A stretch of 64,000 nt of DNA, taken from assembly GCA_951406725.2 (NCBI GenBank), contig OX597842.1, positions 13,640,001 through 13,704,000 of the forward strand. The letters are read 5' to 3'. The first letter of the stretch is position 1; the number at the start of each line of letters is the position of its first letter. A model generated the notes under the pieces. It had not been told where the DNA came from. It was given only the letters and a program-made list of their open reading frames with translations, and searched no databases. The DNA is from Octopus vulgaris. Its lineage: Eukaryota. Below are positions 33,545 to 48,500 of this stretch, piece by piece. Made by a program: the position numbers and the translations under genes.

Positions 33545-36500
33545 CTCTCTTTTCTCTCTTTTACTTGTTTCAGTCATTTGACTGCGGCCATGCTGGAGCA
33601 CCGCCTTTAGTCGAGCAAATCGACCCCCGGGACTTATTCTTTGTAAGCCCAGTACTTATTCTATCGGTCTCTTTTCTCTTTTACTTGTTTCAGTCATTTG
33701 ACTGCGGCCATGCTGGAGCACCGCCTTTAGTCGAGCAAATCTACCCCGGGACTTATTCTTTGTAAGCCCAGTACTTATTCTATCGGTCTCTATTCTCTTT
33801 TACTTGTTTCAGTCATTTGACTGCGGCCATGCTGGAGCACCGCCTTTAGTCGAGCAAAACGACTCCCGCGACTTATTCGTTGTAAGCCCAGTACTTATTC
33901 TATCGGTCTCTTTTCTCTTTTACTTGTTTCAGTCATTTGACTGTGGCCATGCTGGAGCACCGCCTTTAGTCGAGCAAATCGACCCCGGGACTTATTCTTT
34001 GTAAGCCCTTACTTATTCTATCGGTCTCTTTTATCTTTTACTTGTCTCAGCCATTTGACTGTGGCCATGCTGGAGCACCGCCTTTTAGTCCAGCAAATCG
34101 ACCCCGGGACTTATTCTTTGTAAGCCCAGTACTTATTCTATCGGTCTCTTTTCTCTTTTTACTTGTTTCAGCCATTTGACTGTGGCCATGCTGGAGCACC
34201 GCCTTTTAGTCCAGCAAATCGACCCCGGGACTTATTCTTTGTAAGCCTAGTACTTATTCTATCGGTCTCTTTTCTCTTTTACTTGTTTCAGCCATTTGAC
34301 TGTGGCCATGCTGGAGCACCGCCTTTTAGTCCAGCAAATCGACCCGGGGACTTATTCTTTGTAAGCCCAGTACTTATTCTATCGGTCTCTTTCTCTTTTA
34401 CTTGTTTCAGTCATTTGACTGCGGCCATGCTGGAGCACCGCCTTTAGTCGAGCAAATCGACCCCCGCAACTTATTCCGTTGTAAGCCCAGTACTTATTCT
34501 ATCGGTCTCTTTCTCTTTTACTTGTTTCAGCCATTCGACTGTGGCCATGCTGGAGCACCGCCTTTAGTCGAGTAAATCGACCCCGGGACTTATTCTTTGT
34601 AAGCCCAGTACTTATTCTATCGGTCTCTTTTCTCTTTTACTTGTTTCAGCCATTTGACTGTGGCCATGCTGGAGCACCGCCTTTAGTCGAGTAAATCGAC
34701 CCCGGGACTTATTCTTTGTAAGCCCAGTACTTATTCTATCGGTCTCTTTTCTCTTTTACTTGTTTCAGCCATTTGACTGTGGCCATGCTGGAGCACCGCC
34801 TTTAGTCGAGTAATCGACCCCGGGACTTATTCTTTGTAAGCCCAGTACTTATTCTATCGGTCTCTTTTCTCTTTTACTTGTTTCAGTCATTTGACTGTGG
34901 CCATGCTGGAGCACCGCCTTTTAGTCCAGCAAATCGACCCCGGGACTTATTCTTTGTAAGCCCAGTAATTATTCTATCGGTCTCTTTTCTCTTTTACTTG
35001 TTTCAGCCATTTGACTGTGGCCATGCTGGAGCACCGCCTTTAGTCGAGTAAATCGACCCCGGGACTTATTCTTTGTAAGCCCAGTACGTATTCTATCGGT
35101 CTCTTTTCTCTTTTACTTGTTTCAGTCATTTGACTGCGGCCATGCTGGAGCACCGCCTTTTAGTCCAGCAAATCGACCCCGGGACTTATTCTTTGTAAGC
35201 CCAGTACTTATTCTATCGGTCTCTTTTCTCTTTTACTTGTTTCAGTCATTTGACTGCGGCCATGCTGGAGCACCGCCTTTTAGTCCAGCAAATCGACCCC
35301 GGGACTTATTCTTTGTAAGCCCAGTACTTATTCTATTGGTCTCTTTTCTCTTTTACTTGTTTCAGTCATTTGACTGCGGCCATGCTGGAGCACCGCCTTT
35401 TAGTCCAGCAAATCGACCCCGGGACTTATTCTTTGTAAGCCCAGTACTTATTCTATCGGTCTCTTTTCTCTTTAACTTGTTTCAGTCATTTGACTGTGGC
35501 CATGCTGGAGCACCGCCTTTTAGTCCAGCAAATCGACCCCGGGACTTATTCTTTGTAAGCCCAGTACTTATTCTATCGGTCTCTTTCTCTTTTACTTGTT
35601 TCAGTCATTTGACTGCGGCCATGCTGGAGCACCGCCTTTAATCGAGCAACTCGACCCAAGGACTTATTCTTTGTAAGCCTAGTACTTATTCTATCGGTCT
35701 CTTTTCTCTTTTACTTGTTTCAGTCATTTGACTGCGGCCATGCTGGAGCACCGCCTTTAGTCGAGCAAATCGACCCCCGGGACTTATTCTTTGTAAGCCT
35801 AGTACTTATTCTATCGGTCTCTTTTCTCTTTTACTTGTTTCAGTCATTTGACTGCGGCCATGCTGGAGCACCGCCTTTTAGTCCAGCAAATCGACCCCGG
35901 GACTTATTCTTTGTAAGCCCAGTACTTATTCTATCGGTCTCTTTTCTCTTTTACTTGTTTCAGTCATTTGACTGCGGGCCATGCTGGAGCACCGCCTTTT
36001 AGTCGAGCAAATCGACCCCGGGACTTATTCTTTGTAAGCCCAGTACTTATTCTATCGGTCTCTTTTCTCTTTTACTTGTTTCAGTCATTTGACTGCGGCA
36101 CATGCTGGAGCACCGCCTTTTAGTCCAGCAAATCGACCCTGGGACTTATTCTTTGGAAGCCCAGTACTTATTCTATCGGTCTCTTTTCTCTTTTACTTGT
36201 TTCAGTCATTTGACTGCGGCCATGCTGGAGCACCGGCTTTAGTCGAGCAAATCGACCCCCGGGACTTATTCTTTGTAAGCCTAGTACTTATTCTATCGGT
36301 CTCTTTTCTCTTTTACTTGTTTCAGTCATTTGACTGCGGCCATGCTGGAGCACCGCCTTTAGTCGAGTAAATCGACCCGGGACTTATTCTTTGTAAGCCC
36401 AGTACTTATTCTATCGGTCTCTTTTCTCTTTTACTTGTTTCAGTCATTTGACTGCGGCCATGCTGGAGCACCGCCTTTAGTCCAGCAAATCGACCCCGGG

Positions 36501-39500
36501 ACTTATTCTTTGTAAGCCCAGTACTTATTCTATCGGTCTCTTTTCTCTTTTACTTGTTTCAGTCATTTGACTGCGGCCATGCTGAGCACCGCCATTTTAG
36601 TCAGCAAATCGACCCCGGGACTTATTCTTTGTAAGCCCAGTACTTATTCTATCGGTCTCTTTTCTCTTTTACTTGTTTCAGTCATTTGACTGCGGCCATG
36701 CTGGAGCACCGCCTTTTAGCTGACGGACTTATTCTTTGTAACTGATCTTAGCTTTTACTTGTTTCAGTCCGCCTTCTGGAGACTTTAGTCCAGCAAATCG
36801 ACCCCAGGACTTATTCTTTGTAAGCCCAGTACTTATTCTATCGGTCTCTTTTCTCTTTTACTTGTTTCAGCCATTTGACTGTGGCCATGCTGGAGCACCG
36901 CCTTTAGTCGAGTAAATCGACCCGGGACTTATTCTTTGTAAGCCCAGTACTTATTCTATCGGTCTCTTTTCTCTTTTACTTGTTTCAGTCATTTGACTGC
37001 GGCCATGCTGGAGACACCGCCTTTAGTCGAGCAAATTGACCCCGGGACTTATTCTTTGTAAGCCTAGTACTTATTCTATTGGTCTCTTTTCTCTTTTACT
37101 TGTTTCAGTCATTTGACTGCGGCCATGCTAGAGCACCGCCTTTAGTCGAGCAAATCGACCCCCGGGACTTATTCTTTGTAAGCCTAGTACTTATTCTATC
37201 GGTCTCTTTTCTCTTTTACTTGTTTCAGCCATTTGACTGTGGCCATGCTGGAGCACCGCCTTTAGTCGAGTAAATCGACCCCGGACTTATTCTTTGTAAG
37301 CCCAGTACTTATTCTATCGGTCTCTTTTCTCTTTTACTTGTTTCAGTCATTTGACTGTGGCCATGCTGGAGCACCGCCTTTAGTCGAGTAAATCGACCCC
37401 GGGACTTATTCTTTGTAAGCCCAGTACTTATTCTATCGGTCTCTTTTCTCTTTTACTTGTTTCAGCCATTTGACTGTGGCCATGCTGGAGCACCGCCTTT
37501 AGTCGAGTAAATCGACCCCGGACTTATTCTTTGTAAGCCCAGTACTTATTCTATCGGTCTCTTTTCTCTTTTACTTGTTTCAGTCATTTGACTGCGGCCA
37601 TGCTGGAGCACCGCCTTTAGTCCAGCAAATCGACCCCGGGACTTATTCTTTGTAAGCCTAGTACTTATTCTATCGGTCTCTTTTTCTCTTTTACTTGTTT
37701 CAGCCATTTGACTGTGGCCATGCTGGAGCACCGCCTTTAGTCGAGTAAATCGACCCCGGGACTTATTCTTTGTAAGCCCAGTACTTATTCTATCGGTCTC
37801 TTTTCTCTTTTACTTGTTTCAGTCATTTGACTGCGGCCATGCTGGAGCACCGCCTTTAGTCGAGCAAATTGACCACGGGACTTATTCTTTGTAAGCCTAG
37901 TACTTATTCTATCGGTCTCTTTTCTCTTTCACTTGTTTCAGTCATTTGACTGCGGCCATGCTGGAGCACCGCCTTTAGTCGTGCAAATCGACCCCGGGAC
38001 TTATTCTTTGTAAGCCTAGTACTTATTCTATCGGTCGCTTTTCTCTTTTACTTGTTTCAGTCATTTGACTGCGGCCATGCTGGAGCACCGCCTTTAGTCG
38101 AGCAAATCGACCCCGGGACTTATTCTTTGTAAGCCCAGTACTTATTCTATCGGTCTCTTTTCTCTTTTACTTGTTTCAGTCATTTGACTGTGGCCATGCT
38201 GGAGCACCGCCTTTAGTCGAGTAAATCGACCCCGGGACTTATTCTTTGTAAGCCCAGTACTTATTCTATCGGTCTCTTTTCTCTTTTACTTGTTTCAGTC
38301 ATTTGACTGCGGCCATGCTGGAGCACCGCCTTTTAGTCCAGCAAATCGACCCCGGGACTTATTCTTTGTAAGCCTAGTACTTATTCTATCGGTCTCTTTT
38401 CTCTTTTACTTGTTTTAGCCATTTGACTGTGGCCATGCTGGAGCACCGCCTTTAGTCGAGTAAATCGACCCCGGGACTTATTCTTTGTAAGCCCAGTACT
38501 TATTCTATCGGTCTCTTTTCTCTTTTACTTGTTTCAGTCATTTGACTGCGGCCATGCTGGAGCACCGCCTTTAGTCGAGCAAATAGACCACGGGACTTAT
38601 TCTTTGTAAGCCTAGTACTTATTCTATCGGTCTCTTTTCTCTTTTACTTGTTTCAGTCATTTGACTGCGGCCATGCTCTAGCACCGCCTTTATTCGAGCA
38701 AATCGACCCCGGGACTTATTCTTTGTAAGCCTAGTACTTATTCTATCGGTCTCTTTTCTCTTTTACTTGTTTCAGTCATTTGACTGCGGCCATGCTGGAG
38801 CACCGCCTTTAGTCCAGCAAATCGACCCCGGGACTTATTCTTTGTAAGCCCAGTACTTATTCTATCGGTCTCTTTTCTCTTTTACTTGTTTCAGTCATTT
38901 GACTGCGGCCATGCTGGAGCACCGCCTTTAGTCCAGCAAATCGACCCCGGGACTTATTCTTTGTAAGCCCAGTACTTATTCTATCGGTCTCTTTTCTCTT
39001 TTACTTGTTTCAGTCATTTGACTGCGGCCATGCTGGAGCACCGCCTTTAATCGAGCAACTCGACCCAAGGACTTATTCTTTGTAAGCCTAGTACTTATTC
39101 TATCGGTCTCTTTTCTCTTTTACTTGTTTCAGTCATTTGACTGCGGCCATGCTGGAGCACCGCCTTTAGTCGAGCAAATCGACCCCCGGGACTTATTCTT
39201 TGTAAGCCTAGTACTTATTCTATCGGTCTCTTTTCTCTTTTACTTGTTTCAGTCATTTGACTGCGGCCATGCTAGACACCGCCTTTAGTCAGCAAATCGA
39301 CCCCGGGACTTATTCTTTGTAAGCCCAGTACTTATTCTATCGGTCTCTTTTCTCTTTTACTTGTTTCAGTCATTTGACTGCGGCCATGCTGGAGCACCGC
39401 CTTTTAGTCCAGCAAATCGACCCGGGACTTATTCTTTGTAAGCCCAGTACTTATTCTATCGGTCTCTTTTCTCTTTTACTTGTTTCAGTCATTTGACTGC

Positions 39501-42500
39501 GGCCATGCTGGAGCACCGCCTTTTAGTCCAGCAAATCGAACCTGGGACTTATTCTTTGTAAGCCCAGTACTTATTCTATCGGTCTCTTTTCTCTTTTACT
39601 TGTTTCAGTCATTTGACTGCGGCCATGCTGGAGCACCGGCTTTAGTCGAGCAAATCGACCCCCGGGACTTATTCTTTGTAAGCCTAGTACTTATTCTATC
39701 GGTCTCTTTTCTCTTTTACTTGTTTCAGTCATTTGACTGCGGCCATGCTGGAGCACCGCATTTAGTCGAGTAAATCGATCCCGGGACTTATTCTTTGTAA
39801 GCCCAGTACTTATTCTATCGGTCTCTTTTCTCTTTTACTTGTTTCAGTCATTTGACTGCGGCCATGCTGGAGCACCGCCTTTTAGTCGAGCAAATCGACC
39901 CCGGGACTTATTCTTTGTAAGCCCAGTACTTATTCTATCGGTCTCTTTTCTCTTTTACTTGTTTCAGTCATTTGACTGCGGCCATGCTGGAGCACTGCCT
40001 TTAGTCCAGCAAATCGACCCCGGGACTTATTCTTTGTAAGCCCAGTACTTATTCTATCGGTCTCTTTTCTCTTTTACTTGTTTCAGCCATTTGACTGTGG
40101 CCATGCTGGAGCACCGCCTTTAGTCGAGTAAATCGACCCCGGGACTTATTCTTTGTAAGCCCAGTACTTATTCTATCGGTCACTTTTCTCTTTTACTTGT
40201 TTCAGTCATTTGACTGCGGCCATGCTGGAGCATTGCCTTTAGTCGAGCAAATTGACCCCGGGACTTATTCTTTGTAAGCCTAGTACTTATTCTATCGGTC
40301 TCTTTTTCTCTTTTACTTGTTTCAGTCATTTGACTGCGGCCATGCTGGAGCACCGCCTTTAGTCGAGCAAATCGACCCCCGGGACTTATTCTTTGTAAGC
40401 CTAGTACTTATTCTATCGGTCTCTTTTCTCTTTTACTTGTTCCAGCCATTTGACTGTGGCCATGCTGGAGCACCGCCTTTAGTCGAGTAAATCGACCCCG
40501 GACTAATTCTTTGTAAGCCCAGTACTTATTCTATCGGTCTCTTTTCTCTTTTACTTGTTTCAGTCATTTGACTGTGGCCATGCTGGAGCACCGCCTTTAG
40601 TCGAGTAAATCGACCCCGGACTTATTCTTTGTAAGCCCAGTACTTATTCTATCGGTCTCTTTTCTCTTTTACTTGTTTCAGCCATTTGACTGTGGCCATG
40701 CTGGAGCACCGCCTTTAGTCGAGTAAATCGACCCCGGACTTATTCTTTGTAAGCCCAGTACTTATTCTATCGGTCTCTTTTCTCTTTTACTTGTTTCAGT
40801 CATTTGACTGCGGCCATGCTGGAGCACCGCCTTTTAGTCCAGCAAATCGACCCCGGGACTTATTCTTTGTAAGCCTAGTACTTATTCTATCGGTCTCTTT
40901 TCTCTTTTACTTGTTTCAGCCATTTGACTGTGGCCATGCTGGAGCACCGCCTTTAGTCGAGTAAATCGACCCCGGGACTTATTCTTTGTAAGCCTAGTAC
41001 TTATTCTATCGGTCTCTTTTCTCTTTTACTTGTTTCAGTCATTTGACTGCGGCCATGCTGGAGCACCGCCTTTATTCGAGCAAATCGACCCCGGGACTTA
41101 TTCTTTGTAAGCCTAGTACTTATTCTATCGGTCTGTTTTCTCTTTTACTTGTTTCAGTCATTTGACTGCGGCCATGCTGGAGCACCGCCTGTAGTCGAGC
41201 AAATCGACCCCGGGACTTATTCTTTGTAAGCCCAGTACTTATTCTATCGGTCTCTTTTCTCTTTTACTTGTTTCAGTCATTTGACTGCGGCCATGCTGGA
41301 GCACCGCCTTTAGTCGAGCAAATCGACCCCGGGACTTATTCTTTGTAAGCCCAGTACTTATTCTATCGGTCTCTTTTCTCTTTTACTTGTTTCAGTCATT
41401 TGACTGCGGCCATGCTGGAGCACCGCCTTTAGTCGAGCAAATCGACCCCGGGACTTATTCTTTGTAAGCCCAGTACTTATTCTATCGGTCTCTTTTCTCT
41501 TTTACTTGTTTCAGTCATTTGACTGTGGCCATGCTGGAGCACCGCCTTTAGTCGAGTAAATCGACCCCGGACTTATTCTTTGTAAGCCCAGTACTTATTC
41601 TATCGGTCTCTTTTCTCTTTTACTTGTTTCAGTCATTTGACTGCGGCCATGCTGGAGCACCGCCTTTTAGTCCAGCAAATCGACCCCGGGACTTATTCTT
41701 TGTAAGCCTAGTACTTATTCTATCGGTCTCTTTTCTCTTTTACTTGTTTCAGCCATTTGACTGTGGCCATGCTGGAGCACCGCCTTTAGTCGAGTAAATC
41801 GACCCCGGGACTTATTCTTTGTAAGCCCAGTACTTATTCTATCGGTCTCTTTTCTCTTTTACTTGTTTCAGTCATTTGACTGCGGCCATGCTGGAGCACC
41901 GCCTTTATTCGAGCAAATCGACCCCGGGACTTATTCTTTGTAAGCCTAGTACTTATTCTATCGGTCTCTTTTCTCTTTTACTTGTTTCAGTCATTTGACT
42001 GCGGCCATGCTGGAGCACCGCCTTTTAGTCCAGCAAATCGACCCCGGGACTTATTCTTTGTAAGCCCAGTACTTATTCTATCGGTCTCTTTTCTCTTTTA
42101 CTTGTTTCAGTCATTTGACTGCGGCCATGCTGGAGCACCGCCTTTAGTCGAGCAAATCGACCCCGGGACTTATTCTTTGTAAGCCCAGTACTTATTCTAT
42201 CGGTCTCTTTTCTCTTTTACTTGTTTCAGCCATTTGTCTGTGGCCATGCTGGGCACCGCCTTTAGTCGAGTAAATCGACCCCGGGACTTATTCTTTGTAA
42301 GCCCAGTACTTATTCTATCGGTCTCTTTTCTCTTTTACTTGTTTCAGTCATTTGACTGCGGCCATGCTGGAGCACCGCCTTTAGTCGAGCAAATTGACCC
42401 CGGGACTTATTCTTTGTAAGCCTAGTACTTATTCTATCGGTCTCTTTTCTCTTTTACTTGTCTCAGTCATTTGACTGCGGCCATGCTGGAGCACCGCCTT

Positions 42501-45500
42501 TATTCGAGGAAATCGACCCCGGGACTTATTCTTTGTAAGCCTAGTACTTATTCTATCGGTCTCTTTTCTCTTTTACTTGTTTCAGTCATTTGACTGCGGC
42601 CATGCTGGAGCACCGCCTTTATTCGAGCAAATCGACCCCGGGACTTATTCTTTGTAAGCCCAGTACTTATTCTATCGGTCTCTTTTCTCTTTTACTTGTT
42701 TCAGTCATTTGACTGCGGCCATGCTGGAGCACCGCCTTTAATCGAGCAAATCGACCCCGGGACTTATTCTTTGTAAGCCTAGTACTTATTCTATCGGTCT
42801 CTTTTCTCTTTTACTTGTTTCAGCCATTTGACTGTGGCCATGCTGGAGCACCGCCTTTAGTCGAGTAAATCGACCCCGGGACTTATTCTTTGTAAGCCCA
42901 GTACTTATTCTATCGGTCTCTTTTCTCTTTTACTTGTTTCAGTCATTTGACTGCGGCCATGCTGGAGCACCGCCTTTAGTCGAGCAAATTGACCCCGGGA
43001 CTTATTCTTTGTAAGCCTAGTACTTATTCTATTGGTCTCTTTTCTCTTTTACTTGTTTCAGTCATTTGACTGCGGCCATGCTGGAGCACCGCCTTTAGTC
43101 GAGCAAATCGACCCCCGGGACTTATTCTTTGTAAGCCTAGTACTTATTCTATCGGTCTCTTTTCTCTTTTACTTGTTTCAGCCATTTGACTGTGGCCATG
43201 CTGGAGCACCGCCTTTAGTCGAGTAAATCGACCCCGGACTTATTCTTTGTAAGCCCAGTACTTATTCTATCGGTCTCTTTTCTCTTTTACTTGTTTCAGT
43301 CATTTGACTGTGGCCATGCTGGAGCACCGCCTTTAGTCGAGTAAATCGACCCCGGGACTTATTCTTTGTAAGCCCAGTACTTATTCTATCGGTCTCTTTT
43401 TCTCTTTTACTTGTTTCAGCCATTTGACTGTGGCCATGCTGGAGCACCGCCTTTAGTCGAGTAAATCGACCCCGGACTTATTCTTTGTAAGCCCAGTACT
43501 TATTCTATCGGTCTCTTTTCTCTTTTACTTGTTTCAGTCATTTGACTGCGGCCATGCTGGAGCACCGCCTTTTAGTCCAGCAAATCGACCCCGGGACTTA
43601 TTCTTTGTAAGCCTAGTACTTATTCTATCGGTCTCTTTTCTCTTTTACTTGTTTCAGCCATTTGACTGTGGCCATGCTGGAGCACCGCCTTTAGTCGAGT
43701 AAATCGACCCCGGGACTTATTCTTTGTAAGCCCAGTACTTATTCTATCGGTCTCTTTTCTCTTTTACTTGTTTCAGTCATTTGACTGCGGCCATGCTGGA
43801 GCACCGCCTTTAGTCGAGCAAATTGACCACGGGACTTATTCTTTGTAAGCCTAGTACTTATTCTATCGGTCTCTTTTCTCTTTTACTTGTTTCAGTCATT
43901 TGACTGCGGCCATGCTGGAGCACCGCCTTTATTCGAGCAAATCGACCCCGGGACTTATTCTTTGTAAGCCTAGTACTTATTCTATCGGTCTCTTTTCTCT
44001 TTTACTTGTTTCAGTCATTTGACTGCGGCCATGCTGGAGCACCGCCTTTAGTCGAGCAAATTGACCACGGGACTTATTCTTTGTAAGCCTAGTACTTATT
44101 CTATCGGTCTCTTTTCTCTTTTACTTGTTTCAGTCATTTGACTGCGGCCATGCTGGAGCACCGCCTTTATTCGAGCAAATCGACCCCGGGACTTATTCTT
44201 TGTAAGCCTAGTACTTATTCTATCGGTCTCTTTTCTCTTTTACTTGTTTCAGTCATTTGACTGCGGCCATGCTGGAGCACCGCCTTTAGTCCAGCAAATC
44301 GACCCCGGGACTTATTCTTTGTAAGCCCAGTACTTATTCTATCGGTCTCTTTTCTCTTTTACTTGTTTCAGCCATTTGACTGTGGCCATGCTGGAGCACC
44401 GCCTTTAGTCGAGTAAATCGACCCCGGGACTTATTCTTTGTAAGCCCAGTACTAATTCTATCGGTCTCTTTTCTCTTTTACTTGTTTCAGTCATTTGACT
44501 GCGGCCATGCTGGAGCACCGCCTTTAGTCGAGCAAATTGACCCCGGGACTTATTCTTTGTAAGCCTAGTACTTATTCTATCGGTCTCTTTTCTCTTTTAC
44601 TTGTTTCAGTCATTTGACTGCGGCCATGCTGGAGCACCGCCTTTATTCGAGCAAATCGACCCCGGGACTTATTCTTTGTAAGCCTAGTACTTATTCTATC
44701 GGTCTCTTTTCTCTTTTACTTGTTTCAGTCATTTGACTGCGGCCATGCTGGAGCACCGCCTTTAGTCGAGCAAATCGACCCCGGGACTTATTCTTTGTAA
44801 GCCCAGTACTTATTCTATCGGTCTCTTTTCTCTTTTACTTGTTTCAGTCATTTGACTGCGGCCATGCTGGAGCACCGCCTTTAGTCGAGCAAATCGACCC
44901 CGGGACTTATTCTTTGTAAGCCCAGTACTTATTCTATCGGTCTCTTTTCTCTTTTACTTGTTTCAGTCATTTGACTGCGGCCATGCTGGAGCACCGCCTT
45001 TAGTCCAGCAAATAGACCCCGGGACTTATTCTTTGTAAGCCCAGTACTTATTCTATTGGTCTCTTTTCTCTTTTACTTGTTTCAGCCATTTGACTGTGGC
45101 CATGCTGGAGCACCGCCTTTAGTCGAGTAAATCGACCCCGGGACTTATTCTTTGTAAGCCTAGTACTTATTCTATCGGTCTCTTTTCTCTTTTACTTGTT
45201 TCAGTCATTTGACTGCGGCCATGCTGGAGCACCGCCTTTAGTCGAGCAAATTGACCCCGGGACTTATTCTTTGTAAGCCTAGTACTTATTCTATCGGTCT
45301 GTTTTCTCTTTTACTTGTTTCAGTCATTTGACTGCGGCCATGCTGGAGCACCGCCTTTAGTCGAGCAAATCGACCCCGGGACTTATTCTTTGTAAGCCCA
45401 GTACTTATTCTTTCGGTCTCTTTTCTCTTTTACTTGTTTCAGTCATTTGACTGCGGCCATGCTGGAGCACCGCCTTTAGTCGAGCAAATCGACCCCGGGA

Positions 45501-48500
45501 CTTATTCTTTGTAAGCCCAGTACTTATTCTATCGGTCTCTTTTCTCTTTCACTTGTTTCAGTCATTTGACTGCGGCCATGCTGGAGCACCGCCTTTAGTC
45601 GAGCAAATCGACCCCGGGACTTATTCTTTGTAAGCCCAGTACTTATTCTATCGGTCTCTTTTCTCTTTTACTTGTTTCAGTCATTTGACTGCGGCCATGC
45701 TGGAGCACCGCCTTTAGTCGGGCAAATCGACCCCGGGACTTATTCTTTGTAAGCCTAGTACTTATTCTATCGGTCTCTTTTCTCTTTTACTTGTTTCAGT
45801 CATTTGACTGCGGCCATGCTGGAGCACCGCCTTTATTCGAGCAAATCGACCCCGGGACTTATTCTTTGTAAGCCTAGTACTTATTCTATCGGTCTCTTTT
45901 CTCTTTTACTTGTTTCAGTCATTTGACTGCGGCCATGCTGGAGCACCGCCTTTAGTCGAGCAAATTGACCACGGGACTTATTCTTTGTAAGCCTAGTACT
46001 TATTCTATCGGTCTCTTTTCTCTTTTACTTGTTTCAGTCATTTGACTGCGGCCATGCTGGAGCACCGCCTTTATTCGAGCAAATCGACCCCGGGACTTAT
46101 TCTTTGTAAGCCTAGTACTTATTCTATCGGTCTCTTTTCTCTTTTACTTGTTTCAGTCATTTGACTGCGGCCATGCTGGAGCACCGCCTTTAGTCCAGCA
46201 AATCGACCCCCGGGACTTATTCTTTGTAAGCCCAGTACTTATTCTATCGGTCTCTTTTCTCTTTTACTTGTTTCAGCCATTTGACTGTGGCCATGCTGGA
46301 GCACCGCCTTTAGTCGAGTAAATCGACCCCGGGACTTATTCTTTGTAAGCCCAGTACTAATTCTATCGGTCTCTTTTCTCTTTTACTTGTTTCAGTCATT
46401 TGACTGCGGCCATGCTGGAGCACCGCCTTTAGTCGAGCAAATTGACCCCGGGACTTATTCTTTGTAAGCCTAGTACTTATTCTATCGGTCTCTTTTCTCT
46501 TTTACTTGTTTCAGTCATTTGACTGCGGCCATGCTGGAGCACCGCCTTTATTCGAGCAAATCGACCCCGGGACTTATTCTTTGTAAGCCTAGTACTTATT
46601 CTATCGGTCTCTTTTCTCTTTTACTTGTTTCAGTCATTTGACTGCGGCCATGCTGGAGCACCGCCTTTAGTCGAGCAAATCGACCCCGGGACTTATTCTT
46701 TGTAAGCCCAGTACTTATTCTATCGGTCTCTTTTCTCTTTTACTTGTTTCAGTCATTTGACTGCGGCCATGCTGGAGCACCGCCTTTAGTCGAGCAAATC
46801 GACCCCGGGACTTATTCTTTGTAAGCCCAGTACTTATTCTATCGGTCTCTTTTCTCTTTTACTTGTTTCAGTCATTTGACTGCGGCCATGCTGGAGCACC
46901 GCCTTTAGTCCAGCAAATAGACCCCGGGACTTATTCTTTGTAAGCCCAGTACTTATTCTATTGGTCTCTTTTCTCTTTTACTTGTTTCAGCCATTTGACT
47001 GTGGCCATGCTGGAGCACCGCCTTTAGTCGAGTAAATCGACCCCGGGACTTATTCTTTGTAAGCCTAGTACTTATTCTATCGGTCTCTTTTCTCTTTTAC
47101 TTGTTTCAGTCATTTGACTGCGGCCATGCTGGAGCACCGCCTTTAGTCGAGCAAATTGACCCCGGGACTTATTCTTTGTAAGCCTAGTACTTATTCTATC
47201 GGTCTGTTTTCTCTTTTACTTGTTTCAGTCATTTGACTGCGGCCATGCTGGAGCACCGCCTGTAGTCGAGCAAATCGACCCCGGGACTTATTCTTTGTAA
47301 GCCCAGTACTTATTCTTTCGGTCTCTTTTCTCTTTTACTTGTTTCAGTCATTTGACTGCGGCCATGCTGGAGCACCGCCTTTAGTCGAGCAAATCGACCC
47401 CGGGACTTATTCTTTGTAAGCCCAGTACTTATTCTATCGGTCTCTTTTCTCTTTCACTTGTTTCAGTCATTTGACTGCGGCCATGCTGGAGCACCGCCTT
47501 TAGTCGAGCAAATCGACCCCGGGACTTATTCTTTGTAAGCCCAGTACTTATTCTATCGGTCTCTTTTCTCTTTTACTTGTTTCAGTCATTTGACTGCGGC
47601 CATGCTGGAGCACCGCCTTTAGTCGGGCAAATCGACCCCGGGACTTATTCTTTGTAAGCCTAGTACTTATTCTATCGGTCTCTTTTCTCTTTTACTTGTT
47701 TCAGTCATTTGACTGCGGCCATGCTGGAGCACCGCCTTTAGTCGAGCAAATCGACCCCGGGACTTATTCTTTGTAAGCCCAGTACTTATTCTATCGGTCT
47801 CTTTTCTCTTTTACTTGTTTCAGTCATTTGACTGCGGCCATGCTGGAGCACCGCCTTTAGTCGAGCAAATCGACCCCGGGACTTATTCTTTGTAAGCCCA
47901 GTACTTATTCTATCGGTCTCTTTTCTCTTTTACTTGTTTCAGTCATTTGACTGCGGCCATGCTGGAGCACCGCCTTTAGTCGAGCAAATCGACCCCGGGA
48001 CTTATTCTTTGTAAGCCCAGTACTTATTCTATCGGTCTCTTTTCTCTTTTACTTGTTTCAGTCATTTGACTGTGGCCATGCTGGAGCACCGCCTTTAGTC
48101 GAGTAAATCGACCCCGGGACTTATTCTTTGTAAGCCCAGTACTTATTCTATCGGTCTCTTTTCTCTTTACTTGTTTCAGTCATTTGACTGCGGCCATGCT
48201 GGAGCACCGCCTTTTAGTCCAGCAAATCGACCCCGGGACTTATTCTTTGTAAGCCTAGTACTTATTCTATCGGTCTCTTTTCTCTTTTACTTGTTTCAGC
48301 CATTTGACTGTGGCCATGCTGGAGCACCGCCTTTAGTCGAGTAAATCGACCCCGGGACTTATTCTTTGTAAGCCCAGTACTTATTCTATCGGTCTCTTTT
48401 CTCTTTTACTTGTTTCAGTCATTTGACTGCGGCCATGCTGGAGCACCGCCTTTAGTCGAGCAAATTGACCACGGGACTTATTCTTTGTAAGCCTAGTACT

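Noticed and set aside
33440-33610. Read-through of exon 9 as a longer Cys-rich ORF (33371-33610)
   Set aside because: Splicing at GAG|gtaaac to 58341 completes a proper LU cysteine pattern; the read-through runs into repeat sequence. Intron retention cannot be excluded without RNA data.
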